Part shown: one piece after another, positions 11,662 through 22,166 of the stretch | Layout of the letters: each line of letters opens with the position of its first letter | How positions within the stretch are numbered: the first letter of the stretch is position 1 | NCBI GenBank assembly: GCA_973895155.1 | Contig: OZ316895.1 | Location: 7,614,184 to 7,678,183 of the forward strand | Direction: 5' to 3' | Source: Marsupella aquatica | Taxonomy: Eukaryota; Plantae; Marchantiophyta | DNA: 64,000 bases | Notes under the pieces: generated by a model | The model's database searches: none | What the model saw: the letters and a program-made list of their open reading frames with translations, nothing else | What the model was told of the DNA's origin: nothing | Program-made: the position numbers and the translations under genes

Positions 11662-14571
11662 ATGGGGCGATTGAGGAGCAGCGACTGCCCCTCTTCTCGG
11701 CAAGTGAAATCACTGGGATCTATCGTTGTAATCGCTTTTTTACAGCTGCTGCTCTTGACTAGTCCGCTCGTGAATGGCTCCTGCTTTCCTAGCATTTACA
11801 ATTTCGGGGACTCCACTTCGGACACTGGCAACTTAGCTGCCACATTCCCTGGATTCACGCAAGGCGAGCATCCTCCGTATGGCGAGACTTACTTTGGGCA
11901 CCCCGTCGGCCGCTACGGTGATGGTCGGCTCCTCATTGACTTCATCGGTACATACTATCTCCATACTTGCCACATTAGTTTTGATTTTGTGGTGTGGTGA
12001 TTGAATCAATTTTCCAGCCTGTTTGTAAAGAATGTTCCCAGTCAGTTCTGGACCACCTAGACCACTATGCTCGATGCATAGACACCTTTTGTCAAGTTGT
12101 ACGTTGGGGCAGAGATGGTTGAGCTGAATCGTCTCAACTCAAAACCAAGCTCTGTCATTTCATGTGCTCACCTGTTCCTTGTAGTAGACATTGAGGTATC
12201 AGCACCCAGTTATCCCTTCGCTATTACAGTTCTCCAACTATGTCTCCTGTTTTTAAATTAATCCTTCAGCTGGAATGGCTGGGACAGACTATCGATAGAA
12301 TTGAAAACAAGGGGAGATGAAGTGGCACATAGCACGAGGCGAGATAAATCAGTAGGAAGGACTATTCAATGGATGGTTGATAGCAATCTAACTATTTATT
12401 GAAACGTGCATGAATGCAAACCCAGAAGATGATCTATCTGCATGTCGTACCTTGACCCCCTAGTTGTCCGTTTTAGCTCCAAGGATATTCAATGCTTCCG
12501 CCTCGTGCATGTTGATTAATGTTAGCGCACTCAGGTTAGTTCGATCAGCTGCATTGGAGCTGCCGACGGGCATGGCCTTCCCTCGTTTTTCCTTCGCGTT
12601 GTATCTAGAAAAAGGATACCATTTGATGAACATATCCATAACTTGGGCATGAATGTCTCGGCACAGAGATGTCCATTTTCCTTGTTATTGACATTGTGAT
12701 GTTTGATGGTTTATTTGACAGCCACCGGTCTCGGGCTACCGTTTCTGGACCCGTACCAGCAGACGGTGAATTCCAATTATACACAAGGTTCGGATTTCGC
12801 TTGCGCTGGGTCGACCGTTCTCCCCGTCACGTATCTCAGCCCCTTTTACCTCGATATCCAGTTGCGCCAATTTGGGGCGTTTAAGTACAACGTTCAGAAC
12901 GTATACAACCCTCAGAACGGGACTGCGGATGTCGGTAAGCAAGCAAGAACGCGATATATGCCCCTTTTCTCGTTTTGACTGAACGTTAATTTCATGCGTG
13001 TGGAGTGTTGCTCAATCAAATTCAGGATTAGCTTGTTCATTCCATGACTGATCAGCTTTTAATTTTTTTTCCCTCTCACATGTCTGGAGACAATGCGCAA
13101 TCAATTACAAAATCAGTGTTCTTCAGGGGAAATCTCGAAACTTACACGAGATATCGAAGTAAATAGAGAGAGTCGCTTGTTTTAGGTAGAGCCTGCTCGG
13201 TGGTTTGATTTTAGTCGTGGAATAGTGGTCGTGAAGCAACCTTTCAATTCCGGTTTGCGTTGTCATCGAGTTCGAAATGTGCATGCTTGAGAGCCTTTCA
13301 CTAATGAATGCGGGTTGTAGGTCTGGAGAGTCGGCTCCCGAACCCCAGTACATTCTCGAAGGCGCTCTACACGATCGCACTTGGAGGTAACGACTTCACA
13401 TATGGGTACACCCAGGGCAAATCGATTGAGCAAGTGAAACTCTATCTGCCTCAGGTCATCGGAAATCTTACTGCTGCCGTCCAGGTCAGTGCAAGGGGTG
13501 CCTATCCCAATTTCGTTCATCCTCAGGAAATGACTTCGTTAACAGTGATCTCCTTAATATGCAAAGGAGCACCAATAGAAGCTACCTAGGCGAAATGGAA
13601 ACTGAAAGAGAGACAGGGAGAGGAAGGAATGTTCCTTGATTTGTCCTCTTTGGACCAGCTCCCCAAACTTGCGGTCACTGGACCTTTGAACCATTGCATG
13701 CTTGAGTCTCGAGAGATAGAACAAGTTTACTCTATACACATAACGTATACTAACTGAGATGTTTGTATTATCAGAGGCTGTACACCTATGGTGCACGCAA
13801 CTTCATCGTCTGGGATATCGAGCCGAATGGTTGTCTGCCCTACACTCTGACCCTTATCCCACACAACTCCAGCGACGTAGATGCTCGGGGATGCTTGATA
13901 GCCTACAATGACGTTGCTGTCTGGTTCAACACCCAATTCAAGGCATCACTTGCTGCCCTGCGGGCGAATCTCACAGATGCAAACATCATCTTTTTCAGTA
14001 CCTACGATCTGAAGATGGATCTTATTGCAAACGCGAGTCAGCTTGGTATGCATCATCTCCCTTCGTGGCCCATCGTATCTATTTCCAAATTCTGTCTAGA
14101 AACCCGTTTGCATCCTTCATTTCCACGGGTTGTGACAGTCTATGTTTGCAGAGTAGAAGACACGTCGTCTCAACCATCATTTTCATCACCAATTTGTTGG
14201 AATTCGCTTGCATGGCTTGCTACTTCCTTCTCTAGATCACAACTTCCCATCCATGGATGCAAAGCCTTGAGAATTGACTTTGTTGACATTTCGATTGATG
14301 GTCAGGGTTCCAATTCACAACCATAGCATGCTGCGGAGTTCCCAGTACATATCATTACAGCCTCAGTGTCAACTGTGGGCAGAGCAATGTCATAAACGGT
14401 GTGAATTATACGGCCACAACGTGCGCCGACCCAGGTGAATACCTGGTGTGGGACGGTGTTCATAATACCGATAGAGCCAATCGATACATTGCCCAACAAT
14501 TCTTTTCCGGAGCGTACTTTGACCCTCCTTTCCCCTTGCTCACTCAGAACTGCTCACTTACCCCAATTTAG
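11662..14571 (+). CDS. GDSL esterase/lipase (SGNH hydrolase), secreted; paralogue 1
   Basis: Exons 11662-11947, 12722-12934, 13321-13484, 13775-14045 and 14306-14571, all GT-AG and in frame. Signal peptide, block I NFGDSTSDTGN, GRYGDGRLLIDF, GGNDF, GCLP, ACCG and catalytic WDGVH; ends CSLTPI*. Confidence 0.93.
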
Positions 14572-14913
14572 GAGCAGATTCAAGTGGCATTGCGTGCAAA
14601 GAGTATCATGTAAAAAATTGGTGCGTATAGTATTTCGGCAGTTCTTTCTTCATCGAAGGAATAGGAGGACTTACTCACTCTGTCATGAGGGCTTGTAGAA
14701 CTACGTTGTTAGAAACGTTTCAGTGTAGGATATATAATTAGTTCAGAACTACGATATCACTAATAGATGCAATTATTCTTTTGGCTACGCTGAGGAGAAA
14801 CCTAGATAGACAGGCAGTAAGCCAGCATCAGTTCAATTCTTTAGTGGGTGGGCTCCATAGCTGGCTCGCCTTATGAAACCCAAACTTAGATGTCACAAAA
14901 TTCTATAATACAT

Positions 14914-15031
14914 GCGCACTTAAAATCGAATTGTCTACAATATCAGGCAGCCGCGCACTTAAAATCGAATTGTCTACAATATCAGGCAGCCGCGCACTTA
15001 AAATCGAATTGTCTACAATATCAGGCAGCCG
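14914..15031. repeat. Perfect 39-bp tandem repeat x3
   Basis: GCGCACTTAAAATCGAATTGTCTACAATATCAGGCAGCC at 14914, 14953 and 14992, between the converging GDSL and FKBP 3' ends. Confidence 0.95.
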
Positions 15032-15506
15032 TGGGGTTTGCCACCATATTCGACTCGGAAATATCATTGTTGTGAGTAATTGTAGGGCATGGCATGACTC
15101 AGATTTTATGTCAATCATTAACATCATGGAGTGAGTTCTCTCATTCGTTGAATGTACCGTCCGCATGGATAGAATAGTAAGTAGGAAAGTAAACACAGAA
15201 GTGTTTTGTTTCAATTTAAGTTGAATGATCTTCAGAGGTTATTGTGCATCAATCATAGGTTAAATATCTAAGACTGAGTGGCAGAAAATCTTCCTATGAC
15301 GCAAGTTTAATCGCACATGACGAACAGAAGCGTAACCGTCTTTGCTCCAAAATATTAGTTACGTCACGACAAGAGTTCAGAGAGACAGGAAAAATGAAAT
15401 TGACTTCCATCGAAGGGAAATAGCATTAAAACCGCATATTGAAAACCCATAGGAATTAGAGAAGGAAGCGAAGAAATGCAGATTCGGAATTTCACAGGGA
15501 GGAAAC

Positions 15507-15863
15507 TACACTTGTTGCCAGTTTAAAAAACGTCCAGAAGGTTTGCAATTTGGGCACATGCGCAGATGGTTAGTCCCCTATACTCGGCGGAATGGACCCA
15601 CTATCATAAGAAGCCAGCGTTGGACGGTTCTCTGAAATATAATTGAAGAGAACCTTTTTTCATGAATAATCAGGTCCAATGCAGGTACACTTGTTGCCAG
15701 TTTAAAAAACGTCCAGAAGGTTTGCAATTTGGGCACATGCGCAGATGGTTAGTCCCCTATACTCGGCGGAATGGACCCACTATCATAAGAAGCCAGCGTT
15801 GGACGGTTCTCTGAAATATAATTGAAGAGAACCTTTTTTCATGAATAATCAGGTCCAATGCAG
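15507..15863. repeat. 179-bp tandem duplication in the FKBP20-2 3' region
   Basis: TACACTTGTTGCCAG...GGTCCAATGCAG at 15507 and 15686; the copies appear identical. Confidence 0.95.
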
Positions 15864-15880
15864 ATAAGCTTGAGTAAAAA

Positions 15881-18145
15881 TCAGTCACAAACTACATCCG
15901 AATAGAAGAGGAGCGTTCTTCGGCTGCAATCTTTTGCTTCTAAAAGTTCAACATCAAATACTTCAAACTGCTTTGCACTGAAGAATGTCGAAGGACCTAC
16001 CTGCACAACACAAGAAAGGCTCAGTCAAGAAAAGCTATGTGTATTCAAACGTTGTCTAGCTTAAACTCAAGAATTTCTAGTTACTGGCATTGCCTGTTTG
16101 CCTAAACTAGCAGCTTTCAACCTCAGGTAGCACCCAGCACTTGAGAATCAGGCAAAAGAGCACTTACAGGAGGACCGAGTTCAGGAGGTACAATAATTAT
16201 TCTCCTACCTCCAGGCCTCATAGTTTTGATCCCTTCTTCAAACCCTGCCAAAGATGGATGAAAGTGTAAATCGTTAAAAGAGTATATGGTTATTTCGATT
16301 GTTGCCTCTGTACAACTAACGTTTTTCCGTACTTGGCATGAGGTGCTTGAAAATCCAGTCATTCCACATTTTACAATATATACCACAAGGAGTGGTGAAG
16401 GTCGTGCTAACGCTCAACTGACTTCTGATCAAACGAGCAGCAGTGGAAGACCAAGAGTAAGAATGCAGGTCAACCTGGAATCATTCCTTGGATACCAACT
16501 CGTGTCCGTGCCGGCCGACCCTGCTGATAGCTACTGTCCACCCGCCGGCCTGATTCATTGTATCCAGTGTAATGAAATATAACCTGCACATCAGAGTTCA
16601 TATCTTCGTCAACAAAAGCGGTTGGTAGCCACCCATCGGGTAAACCAGCCTACAATACCCTAAACGTTAAAATCCTGGGTTTCCAGCGCCAGTCCTCATA
16701 TAACAATCCCGAAGAAGGTAGTCGCTGTTGCACTGAGAGTGATCTGTCAAACTGTCTATAAAACTCGACCTACTTGGGCAGAAAGACGTGACAAATCCAA
16801 ACCTGTTGACCATCTTTGGGAAGATCGCCATTCCCAATAACCATATCATAGTAAATCAGCCCCGACTTGCTTGTTACATATTTATTACTGGCGATGACCT
16901 TCACTTGGAAGCCTGTGTGATGGGAGCACAGGATCAATAAGAACATCAATATATCAAAGAATGGCTTTTTCTGCAATGAATGGAAAATCCACTGGGGGAA
17001 AGTGACAATCTTCTCTGTAGACGTAAGCACCTAACCTTCTCTGACAAAGCCGGGGAATTCTGTAGGAGCATTATTGAGTTTCTGCATCCGCCGATTCTGC
17101 TCTAATAAGCGGTCTTCATCGTAAGGACTGCTGGGTGCTCGTCCTTTCTTCTTCTCCGCCTTGGCTGGTGCGCCCTCTGCTTCAGCCTCACCGATCCTGC
17201 CTACAAATGGGGAGGCTGCAAGAGCAAACAAGCACGAAGTCGAGAAAGTCCTTCGCCCTCGCTTTGATGTGGATTGCTCCAGAGGGGTTGATGGCAGATT
17301 ACCTTCGTGAGCGGCTCCACATTCTCTGGATGAGATACTACCTGAGAAATTGGGCAAGAACAAATGATATAATTACTTTCACGACTAAAATCACGAAAAT
17401 CGAACGACAGATGCCATAGCAAAGCTTGGAGTTGGATCCTATTGCCCAAAACATAGAGGAAACAAGAGTTGAATTATTCCAAAGAAATCTTAGTGTCTGT
17501 GGCCCAAAAACTGTGGATAGCGTTCAGGTCCTTTTTTCGACTCGTAGGTAGTCCTATCATGTGTCTAGTCTTCCGTTCCACATATTTTACAGAATGTGGA
17601 GCAGTTCATGGATGTGCCCTCACTTCAACTCTTCAGCTTAGTCGTTTATTTAACAAAGTGAGTGGCCATCCGAGTTGAGTCTAGAGAAACTGAACCAGAA
17701 TGAAACAGACTAACGAGCTAAGCTGATTAATTTCGCTTATCAAAACTAGTTGTACAATTCTGCTCCACTAAAGAATGGCAACCAATAGGTGCAAAAGAGG
17801 TAACCCACGCTCACCGTCCTGAGATTTCTGAAGTCCGCTATATGCACCTTTCTCTTCCATTTCAGCATTCCACCTCGTTTCCATGGATGAACAATGCCCA
17901 ATCCACGCGCCGTAACCGCCAGCTGATGATAGAAAGAGTTTGACTCGCTCTCCAACGCGGGAAGAAACCTTAAAACGTCCTGCACCTAATCCAGCTGAGG
18001 AAAATAGTCCTTCCTTTTCAACCCCTCTCCCACTCATCCGCAAGAACCCTAAACCCCCTCTGGATGTCTGCCCAATTGCGAGGAGAGGCGTTTTCCCTCC
18101 TCCATGCCCGCCAACAGGCCCGGCATGGATCACAGCCATAGCCAT
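15881..18145 (-). CDS. FKBP20-2: FKBP-type peptidyl-prolyl cis-trans isomerase FKBP20-2, chloroplast thylakoid lumen
   Basis: Exons 18145-17815, 17341-17036, 16912-16803, 16583-16475, 16244-16168 and 16000-15881. Transit peptide, twin-Arg signal (GRRTF...AEAE), YDEDRLLEQNRRMQKLNNAP, SGLIYYD, FHYTGYNESGRRVDSSY, GFEEGIKTMRPGGRR.IIVPPELGPPVGPSTFFSAKQFEVFDVELL, and C-terminal Cys pair DCSRRTLLFYSDVVCD*. Confidence 0.92.
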
Positions 18146-19689
18146 GGACGGAGCTCCGAGAGCTATCTATGCCAGGGCTGGACCGCGAGAAAACCAACGT
18201 GGAATTAGCTCAGTACTGCGCCAGCATTGACCTTGTTACTCCGCCATAGCTGTTCCAGAACCCATTCAGCTCCATGAATTGACCATCCAATGGTCGCCAA
18301 CGTCAATCCTCTCAAATTTTCTATGGAGATTCAACTCTATGGACAGCAAAATATTGGTCCGAGTGAATCCATTGCTCAAATCTGCCACAGTGCAGCTTTG
18401 AATTCCACACTTCGCAAACACAGAGTGCACCTCCTACAATTGCCTGCCAAGATTTTGCAAGTATCGATTCGTTCACAAACCTCCCACGTGGTCAAGATTT
18501 TCGAGTACCTCCGTAGACCATTTGCCTCAGCTCAGCTCAGCTCAGCTAACCTCTGAGCCGATTTCCCAAAACCATGAAGAACAGCTATGGGCGAAGATTG
18601 CTGTCCAGAGAAATTCTTTCGTTCCGATATGACCGTCTCGAATCGAAAATCAGGATATCAAAGCTTGACTTCACACTACGTCAGGTTTAGCACAATTTCT
18701 TTGGGGAAAGGGCGAGGTGAAGGAAATTGCTTACATTTTTGAGGACGAAGAAGGTGTGCGAGAGGTGATCCCAATTTGCCATGTGAAAGTTCAGATTTCC
18801 ACAGTTCCATAGTGCCATTTGGGTTAGCTCACAAAATAATTATTAAAATAGGTGCTGACATTCAAGCCTGTTCACCCATTAGCTGTTCATATTGGTTTCA
18901 GTCACTCATTTAATTGGTTTCCAGAGACTATCAGTGCACCATTTTCAAACTCACATTTTCAGAGACTCACCCGGCCCCCAATACCATTTCACACTGGCAC
19001 CTATAACTTCAGTTACACCCCAAGAGTCAAGGGCTAAGACTTTCATGTAGACCCTTTACATCTGAACTGTAGGTTTGCATTTCGATAGTTAGATAACTCA
19101 TCATGCCTTGTGCCAGTTTGAGAGACTCACACACCCCCAGTTTTTGTTTCTCACCTGCACCCCCGGCTTCAGTTATGCCCCCAGAGTCATGGTGTAGAGC
19201 CTTCACTTCAGATTGTAGGCCCAAAATTTGACATTGTGATTCATATAGGTCATTGTGATTCATACAGGGGAGGAAGATGGCAAAGCCCCAAAATACTTTT
19301 ATTCCAAGGATGATATATTTGACCAGTAAGTGAAACTTTTTCAGTGAATTCCTGTGGTATTCTTTTCATGCAAAAGCCTCTTTTCTCATTCAACTAAAGT
19401 AGTTACCACGGTCACTGAATATATAAACTCTTCCGATTCCCTATCATGACACTGAAAGGTTTAGGGAATATTTCTCAGTTCTTATTCAAGTTAAGGAGTA
19501 GGGTTCCTCCTTACCATAGTCTATGCAAGTATAACCTTTTCCACTTCCTCATTATGACATTGTAAGGTTCGGGGGGTATTGTCGCACTTCCTTCTCATGA
19601 CATTGTAAGTTCGGGAGTATTGTGACCACTGTAAAATTGTGTGCCCATGGGACTAACACTGTCAAACTTTGGTGTCCATTTGAGGTTCC

Positions 19690-19790
19690 ACCACCTCATT
19701 TTTCCAGTGGCAAAGATTAGCCAAATTCCACCTCATCAGCCAGTTCCCCACCTAGCCACATACCCAATTAAGCCAGATCTGATCTTATCC
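19690..19790 (-). repeat. Dispersed repeat family, copy 1 (related to 34420-34625 and 38345-38575)
   Basis: Reverse strand reads GTGGCTAGGTGGGGAACTGGCT...GAGGTGGAATTTGGCTAATCTTTGCCACTGGAAAAAT, shared with the other copies. Confidence 0.6.
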
Positions 19791-19826
19791 AGAAATATAC
19801 GTAAATCTAATAGGGCCTCTCAGATC

Positions 19827-20170
19827 TGTTAGATATTGCTCTAGTCTTGTGACTCATGAGCTAACTACAGTTAGGCTAATTCGGGTTAGGACTTAGCTAA
19901 TGTTAGCGGTAGTGTTGTTGTGTATATAGCCAGGGCTGATGCCAGACCCTGGTGGAACTTAGGCTCATTGTTATAGAGCTAGTTGAGAGATAGGGAGAGC
20001 TTGTGCTGTGGATGCTTGGTATGGCCGGTCGGCCTAGAGTGCAGTAAAGCTCTTGTGTGTTCCCGTGGACGTAGCCTCATGTGGAGGTGAATCACGTATC
20101 TCTCTATGTCGACTATTGTGCGTTGGATGGTTCATGGGCTTGCCGTTGCGAATGTTGTCTATGCTCAACA
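19827..20170 (+). mobile_element. Solo LTR, probably Ty1/copia, 344 bp
   Basis: TGTT...AACA termini; 5-bp TSD AGATC at 19822-19826 and 20171-20175; TATA-like TATATAG (~19923); CCCGTGGACGTAG...GTGAATCACGTA motif common in plant copia LTRs. Confidence 0.85.
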
Positions 20171-20699
20171 AGATCTTCAAATTGATTGACCTTAACTTAG
20201 TGGTTACGATTACAGACAGAAAAAGTTATGCACTACCAAATTCATAATCCATAAATTTCGGCCAAAAGATTGGTCATATGTCATGACCATAAGCTACTCC
20301 TGAGGCTAGCGGGAAAAAACAAAAATCTTGTTACATAACCCTGGGAAAAAGTTATGATCATTTGCTCATGACCAAAAGCCATTAGGGCTTGTCAAAGCAA
20401 GGCCATAACTGAATTACAACCAAGGAAATAAGTGTTTTTATGGCCAGGACAAAAACACTACAGACTATCTAAATATGTGCTCCATAAGGTTGGTATGGCC
20501 AAAAAGTCACAGCCATAAGTCTAAGAGTGCTCTCACACGCCCTATTGTCCACAATTTTGAATTTCTTTTGCCTTGAAACCTAAAGATGACCCATCCAACA
20601 GAGGATAGACGTCACTCCGGAACATGCACCTCTACGGTAGCCCACAAGGGGGGTCATACCCAGGAGGGAGAGAGGGCTGGCAAGGGCCTAGAAAAAACC

Positions 20700-20950
20700 A
20701 GTACTCCCAACATTACACCCCATCCACACACACTCACCCTCTGCACCCCTTACATGTGGAGAGATCCCTTGCATGTGGAGAGGGGACCTTACATGTGGAG
20801 GGGGGATTGAACCTGGAACCTCTATGGGTACTCCCACCACTACACCCCACCCACACACACACTCACCCTCCACATCCCTTACATGTGGAGGGGGGATTGA
20901 ACCTGGAACCTCTATGGGTTCAAAGCTCATCCCCTGGCCAACTGATCACA
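20700..20950 (-). mobile_element. tRNA-derived SINE-like element with an internal ~90-bp duplication
   Basis: Minus strand from 20950: A-box-like TGATCAGTTGG, anticodon-like arm ATGAG-CTTTGAA-CCCAT and B-box GGTTCAATCC. The B-box block recurs 90 bp away and CCACATG(T/C)AAGG repeats four times. Confidence 0.5.
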
Positions 20951-21665
20951 ATTTTGAATCTTTGAGAGGCCCTAATGGTCAGATAGGAAATTGGATAAAG
21001 AATTTTCTTAGCATGTTCTCCTTTCGCACATGATCACATTCTCCAAATCATAAATATTACTGTTCCTCCCAATTCTGTCACCTCATCCGTTGGGATATTG
21101 TTCAAACTCAGTGCTTATTGTCTGCACGATTCATGAAGTCGTTCAAACAGAGTTCGTATCGTCTTTAGATTCATGAAGAGCTTGTAACGTACTCTCCTTC
21201 TTGCTCCTCGAGAAGAATCCTTCTTTGCCTCAGCTTGACAAACTTACGTTGTCTTCGGCGAGATGAGGAGAGAGTCTTGTAATGCAATGCAGATGGAGCG
21301 CTTTTCAGAAATACAACAATAGTCTGGTGAGTAGTGCTGCTTGAGGAGTGGCCACTCCTCGCATCGCAGCAACTTCAGCTTGCATCCTCCATCTCATGGC
21401 GATTCCAAGACTCGGACGGAGCTCCCGGTCATTGCTGAAGGCCTCCATTTTGGAGGGTAACGAGTATGGAAGATCCGTTCTCTTAGAGTCTAGTATCAAA
21501 GCGAGAGCATCATTATCTTTTGGAGCATTGGGTCAACAAACAGCTGGTTGGACCAGCGAAGTGGTTCAGAGCAATTTTGCTGGGGCAGCAGCATCAGCAT
21601 TTATTTTAGGTCAAGCTGATCAGAGTACGATACGAGGTCTTATTAGTCATGGCTCAATTCGAGGA

Positions 21666-22166
21666 ATGTTTTGGAGATTTCTGGCGGTCTTTCCCACCGC
21701 AGTAGCCAACGAAATTGGCTCATCGAGTAGGAGATTTTCGACCAGTAGACCTCTGGCTGCTGGAGGATCGGCAATGAAGGTGAAAAGTTTGGACCATGTG
21801 GTACTCACCGTGAAGGACATAGAGGCCACATGCCAGTTCTACTCAGAAGTGCTTGGCATGGAGGTGGTGAAATTCGGCGCGTCGGATGGGGGCATTCGTG
21901 TCGCCCTAGCGTTTGGGGAACAGAAGATTAACCTTCATCAGGTGGGTAAGGAGTTTGAGCCCAAGGCTTATCGAGCAACAGCCGGATCCGCCGATCTGTG
22001 CTTCATCACAGACACACCTCTGGATGTCATGCAAAAGCATATTGAGAGGAGTGGCGTGAGCATTCTTCAAGGTCCCGTGGGAAGGACAGGTGCCCTGGGG
22101 ACCATACGGTCCGTCTACTTCAGGGATCCGGATCTGAATCTCATAGAGGTTTCCAACTATGTATGA
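21666..22166 (+). CDS. VOC/glyoxalase-family protein, GLOD5-like, intronless, with a putative organellar presequence
   Basis: Domain from M at 21774: LDHVVLTVKDIEATCQFYSEVLGM...QKINLHQVGKEFEPKA...GSADLCF...GPVGRTGALGTIRSVYFRDPDLNLIEVSNY. In-frame ATG at 21666 adds MFWRFLAVFPTAVANEIGSSSRRFSTSRPLAAGGSA. The ORF stays open upstream to 21348, so the start is uncertain. Confidence 0.88.
   Translation: MFWRFLAVFPTAVANEIGSSSRRFSTSRPLAAGGSAMKVKSLDHVVLTVKDIEATCQFYSEVLGMEVVKFGASDGGIRVALAFGEQKINLHQVGKEFEPKAYRATAGSADLCFITDTPLDVMQKHIERSGVSILQGPVGRTGALGTIRSVYFRDPDLNLIEVSNYV

Noticed and set aside
20881-20950. Functional tRNA-Gln gene
   Set aside because: The acceptor and T stems do not pair properly, and the sequence is embedded in a repeated element.
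21348-21665. Extended N-terminus of the VOC ORF as called in the ORF track (272 aa)
   Set aside because: It begins at GTG, which is not a normal eukaryotic start, and has no recognisable features. ATG 21666 or 21774 is more plausible, though ATG 21396 cannot be excluded.
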